54,002 nucleotides of DNA from Thiotrichales bacterium (GTDB lineage: Bacteria; Pseudomonadota; Gammaproteobacteria; UWMA-0217). The notes below the pieces were generated by a model. That model was not told the origin of the DNA. It was given only the letters and a program-made list of their open reading frames with translations, and did not search any database. Every line of letters starts with the position of its first letter. Within the stretch, counting starts at the first letter, position 1. The stretch is taken from assembly GCA_024763135.1 (NCBI GenBank), contig JANTGD010000001.1, positions 1-54,002 on the forward strand. The letters are read 5' to 3'. A program made the translations under genes and the position numbers. This document shows positions 37,799 to 47,804 of the stretch, one piece after another.

Positions 37799-38481
37799 GT
37801 TTCACTACCCTCGTACACAAGATGCGCTAAAAGTCCCGCTAATTCCGCTCCCACTTTAAGCCCCAAAACGAGATACAAAATCGGTAATGAGCCGGCGGAG
37901 AGTAATTGCCCCGGGCTTCCCGTCCCAAACAGGGGTTGAAGAAACGCCCCGCCTTGAAACAGTGCGATCAGGCCAATTACAATAAATGCACTACCGGCCA
38001 AACCTTCTGTCACGGCCAAACCAAAGTGCCTGACCTGAATGCCCGGACGCGCCAGAAGGGGCAGAAAAAAAGCAGCCGCCAAAATGACGCCACCTTGAAA
38101 ACCACCCCCTGGCGTAAGGTGGCCATGCAGGATAATGTAAAATCCAATCACGAGCATGAGCGGAAAAAGTAGCTGTGTACTGATTCGTAACACGTTGCCC
38201 GCCGGCGCTTGGGCTTGACGCTTTCCACCGCGACGTTCCAATACGAGTCCCGCGACCAGCGAAGCAGTAAAGAGAATCGCAATTTCTCCCAAGGTATCAA
38301 TACCGCGATACCCTAAGACGACAGCCGTTACGATATTCGCCGTCCCTGTCGTTTCAGGCGCTTCCTGTAAAATGGCCTGACCCACTACCATAGGCGCTGC
38401 GCCTGGTTCGAATTCCGCAACGACCACCAGTAAGAAGAATGCCAATCCCGCAGCGAACAGTGGGCTCGTCAGATTTCTCAT
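37795..38481 (-). CDS. MbhE-plus-MnhB (MrpB)-like fused membrane subunit
   Basis: 228 aa. IVTAVVLGYRGIDTLGEIAILF (MbhE-type) followed by GHLTPGGGFQGGVILAAAF (MnhB-type). Confidence 0.72.
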   Translation of the reverse strand: MRNLTSPLFAAGLAFFLLVVVAEFEPGAAPMVVGQAILQEAPETTGTANIVTAVVLGYRGIDTLGEIAILFTASLVAGLVLERRGGKRQAQAPAGNVLRISTQLLFPLMLVIGFYIILHGHLTPGGGFQGGVILAAAFFLPLLARPGIQVRHFGLAVTEGLAGSAFIVIGLIALFQGGAFLQPLFGTGSPGQLLSAGSLPILYLVLGLKVGAELAGLLAHLVYEGSET

Positions 38482-38756
38482 CGATTTTTCTCACGTTCAT
38501 CTGTCGCGGACGCTGCGCCCGTCTGCGTTAAACCAAGGCGTCTTAGCGCCAAAGCCAAAATCAAACTCGACAAGCCGGCTCCAACTGCCGCTTCGGTCAT
38601 TGCAACATCCGGTGCTTTAAGGAGCAAAAACAGAACAGACAAAGCCAGCGAGACGACCGATGCTGCGGCAACCGCTGCCACGTGGTTATTAAAAAAGATT
38701 ACCGCCAACGCAGCCAGCAACATGACCACTACCAATAGACCGGTTATCCAAATCAT
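38478..38756 (-). CDS. MbhD-like small membrane subunit (MrpA C-terminal-domain homolog)
   Basis: 92 aa, three TM segments, APDVAMTEAAVGAGLSS block. Confidence 0.65.
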   Translation of the reverse strand: MIWITGLLVVVMLLAALAVIFFNNHVAAVAAASVVSLALSVLFLLLKAPDVAMTEAAVGAGLSSLILALALRRLGLTQTGAASATDEREKNR

Positions 38757-39061
38757 GGCGCTTTACCCTCGGATCGATCCGCTTGCCAGGGTGCCACACC
38801 GGTGACATGCAAGGCACGCGCCAGCGTCGAAGACCCCACAGGACTTGTGAATAACACGAAACCCGCGATGCAGACCAGCTTGGCCCACCAATGTGGATAG
38901 AGCATACCAACCCCGATCAACATGGCGATCACACCCAAAGTGGCTGCTTTTGTCCCGGCCTGAATGCGATTGTAAGTATCTGGCATGCGGACCAAACCTA
39001 AGGCAGCCAAAAATGCAAACAATGCACCTGCAAGCAAAAATAAATCAGCGAAAATTCTCAA
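38753..39061 (-). CDS. MrpG/MnhG-like subunit
   Basis: 102 aa. LGLVRMPDTYNRIQAGTKAATLG signature of PhaG/MnhG. Confidence 0.8.
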   Translation of the reverse strand: MRIFADLFLLAGALFAFLAALGLVRMPDTYNRIQAGTKAATLGVIAMLIGVGMLYPHWWAKLVCIAGFVLFTSPVGSSTLARALHVTGVAPWQADRSEGKAP

Positions 39062-39324
39062 GAATGTTCTCCTTCAATCGCACGTGCTATCGCCACCACC
39101 CCGACAAATGCCAATGCTCCGTACACCAAAGCCACATCCAGATAGACAGGATTCGAGAACCATGCAGCAACGGCCACCAATCCGGCAGTAATTATGACGG
39201 ATAACGTATCGGCGCCGACCACTCGGTCCAATGCGCTCGGCCCCCTGATGAAACGGAAGAATGCCAATGCAATGGCCATCCCTAAAATAATGGCAGCGAG
39301 TACTTCAAGTAGATTCAAACTCAT
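39058..39324 (-). CDS. MrpF/MnhF-like subunit
   Basis: 88 aa. FRFIRGPSALDRVVGADTLS signature. Confidence 0.8.
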   Translation of the reverse strand: MSLNLLEVLAAIILGMAIALAFFRFIRGPSALDRVVGADTLSVIITAGLVAVAAWFSNPVYLDVALVYGALAFVGVVAIARAIEGEHS

Positions 39325-39830
39325 TTCAAAAAGCCCGATATCCAGCGCTCGAATCCCCCTGCGACAGCCTCGGTGACTGCCTGGCGATCCGCTTCTTCTG
39401 GTACATTGATCCAGTGAACTAAGAGGCGCTCCTCTTGCAGCTCGACGGTGAGTGTGCCGGGGGTGAGCGTAATACTGTTTGCCAACAACATGCGCCCCAG
39501 CGACGAGGTCAAGCCCGTGCGCACTTCGACGAAGCCAGGACGAATGGGCAAAGATGGGCTGAGCACCCTCCCCGCAAGATCAAAATTGGCTCGAAGCAGC
39601 GCGTAGAAAAAGTAAACGAGATAAGCGATAAGAAACAGAAAGGCGCGGGGACTGAGAATCAAACCATTGAATACCCCCAATTGCTGACGCGAGACCGCAC
39701 TGACCACAAGCGCCACGAGCAGGCCGGCGAGCAGTTCTTCAGTCGCCAAAGAACCAGTGAGAAGGACCCAGAGCAATAAGCTCGAAAGGAATACAATTGA
39801 GTAGCTGCGTAGGCTTACACGCTGTTCCAT
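39321..39830 (-). CDS. MrpE/MnhE-like subunit (first gene of the operon)
   Basis: 169 aa. ANFDLAGRVLSP...LANSITLTPGTLTV MnhE blocks. Confidence 0.78.
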   Translation of the reverse strand: MEQRVSLRSYSIVFLSSLLLWVLLTGSLATEELLAGLLVALVVSAVSRQQLGVFNGLILSPRAFLFLIAYLVYFFYALLRANFDLAGRVLSPSLPIRPGFVEVRTGLTSSLGRMLLANSITLTPGTLTVELQEERLLVHWINVPEEADRQAVTEAVAGGFERWISGFLK

Positions 39831-39862
39831 AGCCAGGAACCCTTCGTCGATCTAGAGTCCCC

Positions 39863-39891
39863 AGAATAGGGAAACCTTACAACGATTGCAA
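39863..39891 (-). promoter_or_regulatory. Candidate sigma70-type promoter for the 13-gene operon
   Basis: On the minus strand, TTGCAA (39891-39886), a 17-nt spacer, then TATTCT (39868-39863). This lies about 30-60 nt upstream of the ATG at 39830, and a GAAGG Shine-Dalgarno candidate lies between. Pattern match only. Confidence 0.3.
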
Positions 39892-40319
39892 TAAATCGAG
39901 CGACCGCCACACGCGACTACACGTGCACAAGGATTGCGCAAAAACGCCCGCTCTCGGTGCAAAAGAAAAGCTGTATAGCTAGGTTCACGCCGCGGTAGAG
40001 AATCCTTTAAGATCCGCCGTTGACGCACCCCCTACCGCGGACACCGATGCCACCCTAAATCTTGAGCCTGCCGGGAATGTACCTGAACGAGCATCTATAA
40101 TGAATAAGACAGCCCATAGTAAAGCCGAATACAGAACGCCTCAGATTTTTCATGTTAAAGCAATAATTCCGGGGATAGCTCTGGAGTTGCTAAGCAATCC
40201 TAACACCGGGCCGTAACATCTAGAGTGCTCTCCACAGTCAGGATGCTGGGTGCGATTCCCGGTGCTACGTCCCCTTTGCGTTAAAAAATAGTCATTGTTT
40301 GATAAACTTGCGTTCTTTG

Positions 40320-40466
40320 TTTAGCAGGCTGTTGAAAAACTCTCAGGTGAGTGCGAGACAAGGCAAAATCTGTAGAAAAAGCGCAGTTTACACGCAGTAA
40401 ATGAGCATTTTGAGCCAAAATTAACGCTGGATCGTGCCAGCTGAGAGTTTTTCAACAACCTGTTAG
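40320..40466. repeat. Repeat family C: about 147-bp palindromic MITE-like element, single copy in this window
   Basis: The left arm TAGCAGGCTGTTGAAAAACTCTCAG pairs with the right arm CTGAGAGTTTTTCAACAACCTGTTAG. The arms of about 24-26 nt are nearly perfectly complementary. The arm core resembles the family B end (CTGTTAAGGAAGCTCTGAT). Confidence 0.6.
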
Positions 40467-40575
40467 ATCTGTCGCATGTCAGAGATACCCAAAGCGGTTA
40501 CGACACATTGACCACCTACTGAATAGAACGACTAGCCTGTATTATTTTGGTGCAAGTCGTTTTGAATAAAATCTG

Positions 40576-41364
40576 TTAATTTTGTATTTTCTCGCCATCC
40601 CTAAAAGATTTTAGCGGCATTTCTCTGCCGTTCTCGTCAATGATCTGCACTAAATCCCCAACGCTTGCCCCCGTGAGTATCGCTGCACTGCTTCGATTCG
40701 CTGCTATCTCGACTAATCCCTGGCTATTGATATACCAAAACAAGGCGCCCTGTTTGACTGCAGAAAATGTGCGCGCTTTTCCTATTACCTTCCCCCTGGT
40801 TCGAACGGCGGCAATATCTGCAGGTAGTACCGCTTCGCGTATCCCCGTCATTAGATTGCCGTAATGATCGATGTAGAGGACTTCTGACACGTCGAGTGGC
40901 CAATCAGGACTAACAAGCTGGGCCTTATCCATTGGCTCTTCATCCACTGAGCCACCACAATCCAGTTTGGAGGCAACAGGCGCAAATAGATCGCGTGCGT
41001 GAAAGCTGACAGACAGCTGTACTGGCTCCCATCGGATGCGGCTTACCTCGGCATCTTTATTTTCCTTGAGTAATTGATTGAACAGACCATTGTCTGGGCC
41101 AACGTAAACTCGTGAGCCAATTCGCACTATCAGCGCCCCCCGATCAGATCCGACTCCAGGATCGACAATCGCCATACACACAAAAGGGGGGGCAACAGCG
41201 CGAGTGAATGCGGGTAACAAATATGCAGCAACTCTTGCAGAAAATTGAGGAGACCCGTGAAAGAGGTCAATGATGCGTGCATCTGGGTTAACGCTGAGAA
41301 TTGCGGCGTGAACCTGCCCTAGATAGGGGTCTTTAAGCCCAAAATCTGTGTATAGCAGTATCAT
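40576..41364 (-). CDS. S-adenosyl-L-methionine hydroxide adenosyltransferase family protein (DUF62, chlorinase/fluorinase-like fold)
   Basis: 262 aa. N-terminal ILLYTDFGLKDPYLGQVHAAI and IVDPGVGSDR blocks characteristic of the family. Confidence 0.75.
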   Translation of the reverse strand: MILLYTDFGLKDPYLGQVHAAILSVNPDARIIDLFHGSPQFSARVAAYLLPAFTRAVAPPFVCMAIVDPGVGSDRGALIVRIGSRVYVGPDNGLFNQLLKENKDAEVSRIRWEPVQLSVSFHARDLFAPVASKLDCGGSVDEEPMDKAQLVSPDWPLDVSEVLYIDHYGNLMTGIREAVLPADIAAVRTRGKVIGKARTFSAVKQGALFWYINSQGLVEIAANRSSAAILTGASVGDLVQIIDENGREMPLKSFRDGEKIQN

Positions 41365-41927
41365 TTTGCCAGTATTTGCATTGGCTCTTTAACATTAGGA
41401 GATAGCAGACGATCTAGTAACCCATTGAACCCGGGCGGGAGAAGCCAGATGGGTACATCGACACTTTTAAAGACTCAATCAGTACAGCCCGAACTGCAGA
41501 ACCCCAGGATTGGGCATTTGAAACATTGGACGTAAGCCATCCAATACCACCTCGAGAGTGACGGTGAGCAATGAATTTACTCAACGCCCAAGAGCCGCTA
41601 TTTAACGTACCTAAAGCTAAACTCCGGGAAGTGCGGCGACGCGGATTTGCCGATACGAGGACTGACTAGCGTGATCGGCAGGAAGATTGATTTAAGCAAG
41701 CCAGGGCCCCCTCACCCAAGAACTTTGGAGCGATTGAGCCAGCCGTAATAGCGATGCGGCGCTGCCGCGCAATTGATAAGAAACCGTGACTCACTCAGGT
41801 TTCAGTGGCATCAACTCAACAGGACGAAAGTTGAATTAAACCCTTGTCAATGCCTCCTATTTCTAGTGTCGCTTTGCGCTCGGCGTTTTTATAGAAACCC
41901 TGCTAAGCTGCAGTTGCTGTCTCCGCC

Positions 41928-42296
41928 TTAATCCTCAACAGGCCGGTCAACCAGTTCCACATAGGCCATTGGGGCATTATCGCCAGGGCGATGCCCGCAT
42001 TTCAAAATTCGTAGATATCCACCGGGGCGGTTTTGATACCGGGGCGCCAATTCTGAAAACAGCTTGCCCACCATTTCCTTGTCACGCATTCTAGCAAACG
42101 CAACACGGCGACGATGCACGCTATCTTCCTTCGCTAAAGTGATCAAGGGTTCCGCCATTCGCCGTAACTCTTTGGCTTTCGGAAGCGTAGTTTTAATCAG
42201 CTCGTGACGAAACAGGCTATTGGTCAGATTTTGGAACATAGCCTTACGATGGCTACTGGTTCTGTTTAAGTGTCTACCGGCTTTACGATGGCGCAT
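41928..42296 (-). CDS. rplQ: 50S ribosomal protein L17
   Basis: [24 protein letters not shown] start; 122 aa. Confidence 0.97.
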   Translation of the reverse strand: MRHRKAGRHLNRTSSHRKAMFQNLTNSLFRHELIKTTLPKAKELRRMAEPLITLAKEDSVHRRRVAFARMRDKEMVGKLFSELAPRYQNRPGGYLRILKCGHRPGDNAPMAYVELVDRPVED

Positions 42297-42466
42297 TTGT
42301 ATACTCTCTCAGCGATTCTACTTAAGGGATCCAAAATACCATTGGCTAGGCACAGATCCGATAGCGTAAAAACGCACTAAAATTTAACTCAATCAGTAGG
42401 GAAGGAGGGGGATGTTTTTAACCTCATCTTCCTATTTACAGTGGAAGAATCTCGAGCAACCGTTTC

Positions 42467-43465
42467 TTATGAGGCTTTCTTATCCCCTTCACCCAAACCT
42501 GGTGGGGGCCAGTTCTCTAACCGCATCCCCATAGATAACCCATGCGACGCCAGAACGTCTTTAATTTCGGTAAGAGACTTTTTCCCGAGATTGGGAGTCT
42601 TAAGTAGTTCTACTTCAGTCCTTTGTATCAGGTCACCGATATAGTAAATGTTTTCCGCTTTAAGACAGTTTGCTGACCGTACTGTGAGTTCAAGATCATC
42701 AACCGGGCGCAACAGGATGGGATCAATATCGCTCTCTTTCTTCTCTGGCTGTGGCGCTTCCTGTTTCTCGAAATCAACGAATACCGCCAATTGCTGCTGT
42801 AAGATACCTGCGGAAATGCGGATCGCTTCTTCTGGATCGATACTCCCATCGGTTTCCAGATCAATGATTAATTTGTCAAGGTTTGTCCGCTGATCAACCC
42901 GGGCACTCTCTACAGTATAGGCAACACGCTTGATCGGAGAGAAACTCGCATCGATCAACATATGCCCGATTTCACGGGTCTCATCACCATTATATCGAGT
43001 ATTCGCAGGTTGATAACCCCGACCTTTTTCAATCTTAATAGTCATGTCGAGCGATCCACCACTGGTGAGATTGGCGATGATGTGATCAGGGTTTACAATT
43101 TCTACATCATGGTCGACCTGGATATCTGATGCCCTAACGGCACCGACACCTTTTTTACTGACTTTTAGTACCGCCTCCTCACGCGAGTGCATGCGGATCG
43201 ATACGCCCTTAAGGTTGAGTAGAATCTCAACGACATCTTCCTGAACACCTTCAATACTTGTGTATTCGTGTAACACACCCTCGATCTGCGCCTCTGTTAC
43301 CGCACAACCTGGAATGGAAGACAGGAGGATACGCCTCAACGCATTACCTAAGGTGTGCCCGAAACCTCTTTCGAGCGGTTCAAGTATCACTTTTGCCTGG
43401 TTGTTACCTTGCTCCTGAACGACAATCTGACTAGGCCGTAACAGGTCTTGCACTTTAGATGACAT
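42467..43465 (-). CDS. rpoA: DNA-directed RNA polymerase subunit alpha
   Basis: 332 aa. [18 protein letters not shown] and the C-terminal domain [19 protein letters not shown]. Confidence 0.98.
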   Translation of the reverse strand: MSSKVQDLLRPSQIVVQEQGNNQAKVILEPLERGFGHTLGNALRRILLSSIPGCAVTEAQIEGVLHEYTSIEGVQEDVVEILLNLKGVSIRMHSREEAVLKVSKKGVGAVRASDIQVDHDVEIVNPDHIIANLTSGGSLDMTIKIEKGRGYQPANTRYNGDETREIGHMLIDASFSPIKRVAYTVESARVDQRTNLDKLIIDLETDGSIDPEEAIRISAGILQQQLAVFVDFEKQEAPQPEKKESDIDPILLRPVDDLELTVRSANCLKAENIYYIGDLIQRTEVELLKTPNLGKKSLTEIKDVLASHGLSMGMRLENWPPPGLGEGDKKAS

Positions 43466-43498
43466 ATATCGCCAATCCTCAAAAATTATTACGCCGTA

Positions 43499-44119
43499 TT
43501 ACTTGGAATACAATTCCACCACGAGGGACTCGTTAATATCCGGTGGTAAGTCACTGCGTTCGGGCACGTTCTTAAACGTGCCTTTCATGGCTTTTGGATC
43601 GACATCGACCCACTCGGGAAAGCCAAACTGCTCTGCTATGTTCAAAGCATCTTTGATTCTTAATTGCTTCTGCGCTCTTTCCCTAATTTCTACAACATCT
43701 TCAGGCTGGACCTGATAAGAAGGAATATTCACCACAGTACCATTGACCACCACGGCTTTATGGCTCACCAGCTGGCGACATTCGCCCCTGGTCACACCAA
43801 AGCCCATACGATAAACGACATTATCAAGACGGCACTCAAGCAGCTGCAGCAGGTTTTCACCCGTAGACCCTTTTCTCGACGCAGCTTTTTTAAAATAGTT
43901 ACGAAATTGTTTTTCCAATACTCCATACATACGACGCAACTTTTGTTTCTCTCTAAGCTGCAGCCCATAATCTGACAAACGACCGCGCCTTTCGCCATGC
44001 TGGCCCGGCGCTTTGTCGATCTTGCACTTGGTATCCAAAGATCGCGCACGACTTTTTAGCAGCAGATCAGTCCCTTCTCTACGGCTTAATTTACACTTGG
44101 GTCCAATATATCTAGCCAT
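43499..44119 (-). CDS. rpsD: 30S ribosomal protein S4
   Basis: [19 protein letters not shown] start; 206 aa. Confidence 0.98.
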   Translation of the reverse strand: MARYIGPKCKLSRREGTDLLLKSRARSLDTKCKIDKAPGQHGERRGRLSDYGLQLREKQKLRRMYGVLEKQFRNYFKKAASRKGSTGENLLQLLECRLDNVVYRMGFGVTRGECRQLVSHKAVVVNGTVVNIPSYQVQPEDVVEIRERAQKQLRIKDALNIAEQFGFPEWVDVDPKAMKGTFKNVPERSDLPPDINESLVVELYSK

Positions 44120-44139
44120 AATATCTCTGTTGCTCCGTT

Positions 44140-44529
44140 TTACACTCGACGTTTCTTAGGAGGCCGACATCCATTATGAGGAATAGGCGTAACGTCAGTG
44201 ATATTGGTAATGCGATAACCAACATTGTTCAATGATCTAACGGCTGACTCTCTGCCAGGCCCAGGCCCTTTTACTCGAACTTCGAGATTCTTAAGCCCGT
44301 ATTCTTTTGCAGCCTCTCCAGCGCGCTCTGCCGCAACCTGTGCCGCAAAGGGCGTACTTTTTCGTGAGCCACGAAACCCCGAGCCCCCGGAGGTCGCCCA
44401 AGATAACGCGTTACCTTGACGATCGGTTATTGTAATAATAGTGTTATTGAAGGATGCATACACGTGCGCGATGCCGTCAGTTACAACTTTTTTTACCTTC
44501 TTTTTTGAGCGAGCGGGTGCCTTAGCCAT
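44140..44529 (-). CDS. rpsK: 30S ribosomal protein S11
   Basis: 129 aa. [18 protein letters not shown] and the C-terminal [13 protein letters not shown]. Confidence 0.98.
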   Translation of the reverse strand: MAKAPARSKKKVKKVVTDGIAHVYASFNNTIITITDRQGNALSWATSGGSGFRGSRKSTPFAAQVAAERAGEAAKEYGLKNLEVRVKGPGPGRESAVRSLNNVGYRITNITDVTPIPHNGCRPPKKRRV

Positions 44530-44549
44530 ACTGGATTCCTAACCTTACT

Positions 44550-44906
44550 TTACTTTCGAATCGGACGACGCGGGCCCTTGCGTGTCCTTGCGTTGGTTCG
44601 AGTTCTCTGCCCCCGAAGTGGAAGTCCACGCCGGTGGCGAATACCACGATATGATCCCAAATCCATGAGTCTTTTGATGTTCATAGAAACTTCGCGTCGG
44701 AGATCACCTTCCACGGTGTACTTTGCAACTTCGGTACGCACCTGTTCTATCTGAGACTCGTCGAGATCCCTGATTTTTTTACTAGGATCAACACCGACTG
44801 CTTCACAGATCTTTTTCGCGCGTGTTGGGCCAATGCCATAAATTGATGTCAACGCAATTACTGCGTGTTTATTTTCTGGTATATTGATACCTGCGATACG
44901 TGCCAT
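44550..44906 (-). CDS. rpsM: 30S ribosomal protein S13
   Basis: [10 protein letters not shown] start; 118 aa. Confidence 0.98.
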   Translation of the reverse strand: MARIAGINIPENKHAVIALTSIYGIGPTRAKKICEAVGVDPSKKIRDLDESQIEQVRTEVAKYTVEGDLRREVSMNIKRLMDLGSYRGIRHRRGLPLRGQRTRTNARTRKGPRRPIRK

Positions 44907-45139
44907 CTAAACCTCACTGCAAGCGCGAGCCGGAAAAGGCGCGCAATTCTAGTGGCTCAAGATCAAAAGATCAAGCCTGTGCGTATAGTTGAACAGCTTA
45001 CGGTTAAGGAAACGCTTGTGAGAAGAACATCAGCAACCAGAGAATTGTATTTAGGTTTACAAAATCCCAAATACAGTGTTTCATGGCAACCGAATGAGTT
45101 CTTCTCGTATTAACTCCTTAATCCGTGTCTCTCCTTAGT

Positions 45140-45253
45140 CTATCCTTGTCTCTGTTTATGGCGGGGATCTTTACAAATCACCCTGACCGTGCCGTGGCGG
45201 CGGATAATTTTACAGTCCCGACACATTTTTTTTACTGAAGCGCGTACTTTCAT
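45140..45253 (-). CDS. rpmJ: 50S ribosomal protein L36 (zinc-ribbon form)
   Basis: Not in the ORF track because it is under 60 aa. Minus-strand translation by hand gives [37 protein letters not shown] followed by TAG. Located between secY and rpsM, as expected. Confidence 0.92.
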   Translation of the reverse strand: MKVRASVKKMCRDCKIIRRHGTVRVICKDPRHKQRQG

Positions 45254-45290
45254 CTTACAATTTACCTAAATTCATATGTTGCAAACTTGA

Positions 45291-46649
45291 TTAACGAAGT
45301 TCTCCAGAACGCCCGTAACCCTTAAGATTCGCTTTTTTCATGAGGCCTTCATATTGATGAGACATCAGATGCGCCTGGGTTTGAGCGATGAAGTCCATCA
45401 CCACCACCACAATAATCAACAGCGACGTACCACCAAAATAGAAAGGGACATTCCATTCTAGTATTAGGAATTCCGGTAACAAACAAACCGCTGTAATATA
45501 CAAAGCGCCGACAGCGGTTAAACGTGTCATCACCTTGTCAATATAGTGAGCAGTTTGCTCTCCCGGGCGTATACCGGGTATAAATGCACCTGCGCGTTTT
45601 AGATTTTCAGCCGTTTCACGTGAATTGAAGACCAACGCGGTATAAAAAAAGCAGAAAAATACGATGGCTAACGCATAGAAGATGATATATAGCGGCTGCC
45701 CTGGCGACAGCGCTGAAGAAATCTCTTGCAGCCAACCCATACCTTCCGACCGCCCGAACCATTGGCCCAGCGTCGCCGGAAACAAAATAATACTGGAAGC
45801 AAATATGGGCGGAATCACGCCCGCAATATTCAGTTTCAAAGGCAAATGGCTCGACTGCGCGGCGTACACTTTTCTGCCTTGTTGTCGTTTTGCATAGTTT
45901 ACCGTTATACGCCGTTGCCCCCTCTCGACGAAGACCACGAAGTAGGTTACCGCCGTTGCTAGAAACAAAAGCAATAACACAAGCGCGGGTGACAGCTCTC
46001 CTGTGCGTGCTAGTTCAAGTGTACCTCCAACTGCGGTGGGGAGGCCCGCAACAATACCCGCAAATATGATCAGGGAGATACCGTTACCTAAACCTCTTTC
46101 TGTAATCTGTTCACCCAGCCACATCAAGAACATGGTGCCCGTAACCAACGATACGGTCGTCGTAAAAACAAACGCTAACCCAGGATTAATCGCCACAGAC
46201 ATACTACCCACAGTCTGGGTTTGTAGACTGATCGCGACACCGATTGATTGAAACGTCGCCAAAGCAACCGTAAAATATCGGGTATACTGAGTTATTTTCC
46301 TTCTTCCTGCCTCTCCTTCTTTCTTCAACTGCTCCAGAGACGGAACCGCAACGGAAAGTAGTTGCATGATAATTGACGCGGAAATATACGGCATGATACC
46401 CAGCGCAAAGACGCTCAGGCGTTGTAACGCTCCTCCGGAAAACATATTCACCATATCGAGGATGGTGCCACTCTGTTGGTCGAAAAACTGGCTCAATGCA
46501 ACAGGATTGATGCCAGGTACAGGAATAAAAGTACCAATCCGATAGACAATGAGTGCCATCACTACAAAGCCAAGCCGCTGCCGAAGTTCAGCTACCTTAC
46601 CCAAATCACCAATGGATGCTCCGCCTTGACCTCTTGATTGAGCGTTCAC
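45291..46649 (-). CDS. secY: Preprotein translocase subunit SecY
   Basis: 452 aa, 10-TM protein with [15 protein letters not shown] and [15 protein letters not shown] blocks. Confidence 0.97.
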   Translation of the reverse strand: MNAQSRGQGGASIGDLGKVAELRQRLGFVVMALIVYRIGTFIPVPGINPVALSQFFDQQSGTILDMVNMFSGGALQRLSVFALGIMPYISASIIMQLLSVAVPSLEQLKKEGEAGRRKITQYTRYFTVALATFQSIGVAISLQTQTVGSMSVAINPGLAFVFTTTVSLVTGTMFLMWLGEQITERGLGNGISLIIFAGIVAGLPTAVGGTLELARTGELSPALVLLLLFLATAVTYFVVFVERGQRRITVNYAKRQQGRKVYAAQSSHLPLKLNIAGVIPPIFASSIILFPATLGQWFGRSEGMGWLQEISSALSPGQPLYIIFYALAIVFFCFFYTALVFNSRETAENLKRAGAFIPGIRPGEQTAHYIDKVMTRLTAVGALYITAVCLLPEFLILEWNVPFYFGGTSLLIIVVVVMDFIAQTQAHLMSHQYEGLMKKANLKGYGRSGELR

Positions 46650-46651
46650 GC

Positions 46652-47086
46652 TTAGTCCTCGATCTTACCTTGCGCAGACTCGATCGCTTCCCTAGCTCCT
46701 TTGGACACTTGAATCCCTTTGAGAGTTAGCGGTCTTGTAACTTCTCCGGACAGAAACACCTTTACAGCCCGCGTACGAGCCGGAACCGCGCCTAACTTTA
46801 TCAATGCCTCGACATCAACAACATCTATATCGAGAGAGTTTAGCTCGCCCGTACGCACTGATGCTTTAAAGCGGGCGCTGAAGGTATTGAATCCGACCTT
46901 TGGCAGCCGACGTTGCAGTGGCATCTGACCGCCTTCGAAACCAACTTTGTGAAAACCACCCGAACGAGACTTTTGACCCTTATGGCCACGCCCGCACGTC
47001 TTACCCAAACCGGAGCCGATACCTCGGCCCACACGTTTCTTTTGGTTACGTGCGCCTGGAGTGCTACTAATTTCGTTTAATCTCAC
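46652..47086 (-). CDS. rplO: 50S ribosomal protein L15
   Basis: 144 aa. [27 protein letters not shown]. Confidence 0.97.
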   Translation of the reverse strand: MRLNEISSTPGARNQKKRVGRGIGSGLGKTCGRGHKGQKSRSGGFHKVGFEGGQMPLQRRLPKVGFNTFSARFKASVRTGELNSLDIDVVDVEALIKLGAVPARTRAVKVFLSGEVTRPLTLKGIQVSKGAREAIESAQGKIED

Positions 47087-47088
47087 GG

Positions 47089-47277
47089 TTAAACTTCCTC
47101 TACAGTCAACATATAGGAGATCTTTTGAATCATCCCTCTATTTTCCGGCGTATCTGGAACAAAGACTGGATTATGCATCCGTCTTATTCCGAGCCCATGC
47201 GCACAGGCTTTGTGTTTATTTAAACGACCATTCAGGCTTTTAATTAATGTAAGTTTAAGCTGTTTATCATTCGCCAT
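47089..47277 (-). CDS. rpmD: 50S ribosomal protein L30
   Basis: 62 aa; position and sequence ([18 protein letters not shown]) fit L30. Confidence 0.95.
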   Translation of the reverse strand: MANDKQLKLTLIKSLNGRLNKHKACAHGLGIRRMHNPVFVPDTPENRGMIQKISYMLTVEEV

Positions 47278-47282
47278 GGTGC

Positions 47283-47795
47283 TTACCCCAGCAACTCTTC
47301 AACCGATTTTCCACGCTTAGCCGCCACATCTTCAGGAGACGTTATAGCTTGCAAACCATTTAAAGTTGCCCGCACTACATTAATAGGATTTCTTGATCCG
47401 ATGCACTTCGCGAGCACGTTTCTAACGCCGAGAACTTCGAACACAGCGCGCATAGGGCCCCCGGCAATAATCCCGGTACCGTCTGATGCTGGCTGCATAA
47501 AGACTTTGGCGGCTCCATGTCTCGCCGTAATCGGGTAATGCAACGTCCCGTCTTTGAGGCTCACCGTCACCATGTCCCTTCGCGCTTTTTCCATTGCTTT
47601 TTGAATGGCTACAGGTACTTCACGCGCTTTACCATACCCAATTCCTACACGCCCTTCTCCGTCGCCGACCACCGTCAACGCAGTAAAACCAAACTGGCGG
47701 CCACCTTTCACGACTTTTGCTACTCGATTAACTGAGACTAATTTTTCCTGCAAGCCATCGCTATTTGCGCCTTGCGTATCATGCTGTGCTGCCAT
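47283..47795 (-). CDS. rpsE: 30S ribosomal protein S5
   Basis: 170 aa. [27 protein letters not shown]. Confidence 0.97.
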   Translation of the reverse strand: MAAQHDTQGANSDGLQEKLVSVNRVAKVVKGGRQFGFTALTVVGDGEGRVGIGYGKAREVPVAIQKAMEKARRDMVTVSLKDGTLHYPITARHGAAKVFMQPASDGTGIIAGGPMRAVFEVLGVRNVLAKCIGSRNPINVVRATLNGLQAITSPEDVAAKRGKSVEELLG

Positions 47796-47804
47796 AAATC
47801 CGCC

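Noticed and set aside
34006-39830. Reading the first eight genes as a stand-alone Mrp Na+/H+ antiporter operon
   Set aside because: These genes are translationally coupled, through overlapping stop and start codons, to the NuoH/B/C/D/I-like genes. MbhD/MbhE-type pieces also replace a canonical MrpA. The unit is better explained as one Mbx-like complex.
40171-40274. tRNA or tRNA-Sec gene suggested by a T-arm-like hairpin (CTGGG-TGCGATT-CCCGG) and a GGGGA/TCCCC closing stem
   Set aside because: No consistent cloverleaf can be drawn: the acceptor stem breaks after 6 bp, and there is no D-arm or anticodon arm of correct geometry. The T-loop deviates from the TTCRA consensus and there is no CCA context. 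It is kept only as possible structured RNA in the spacer finding.
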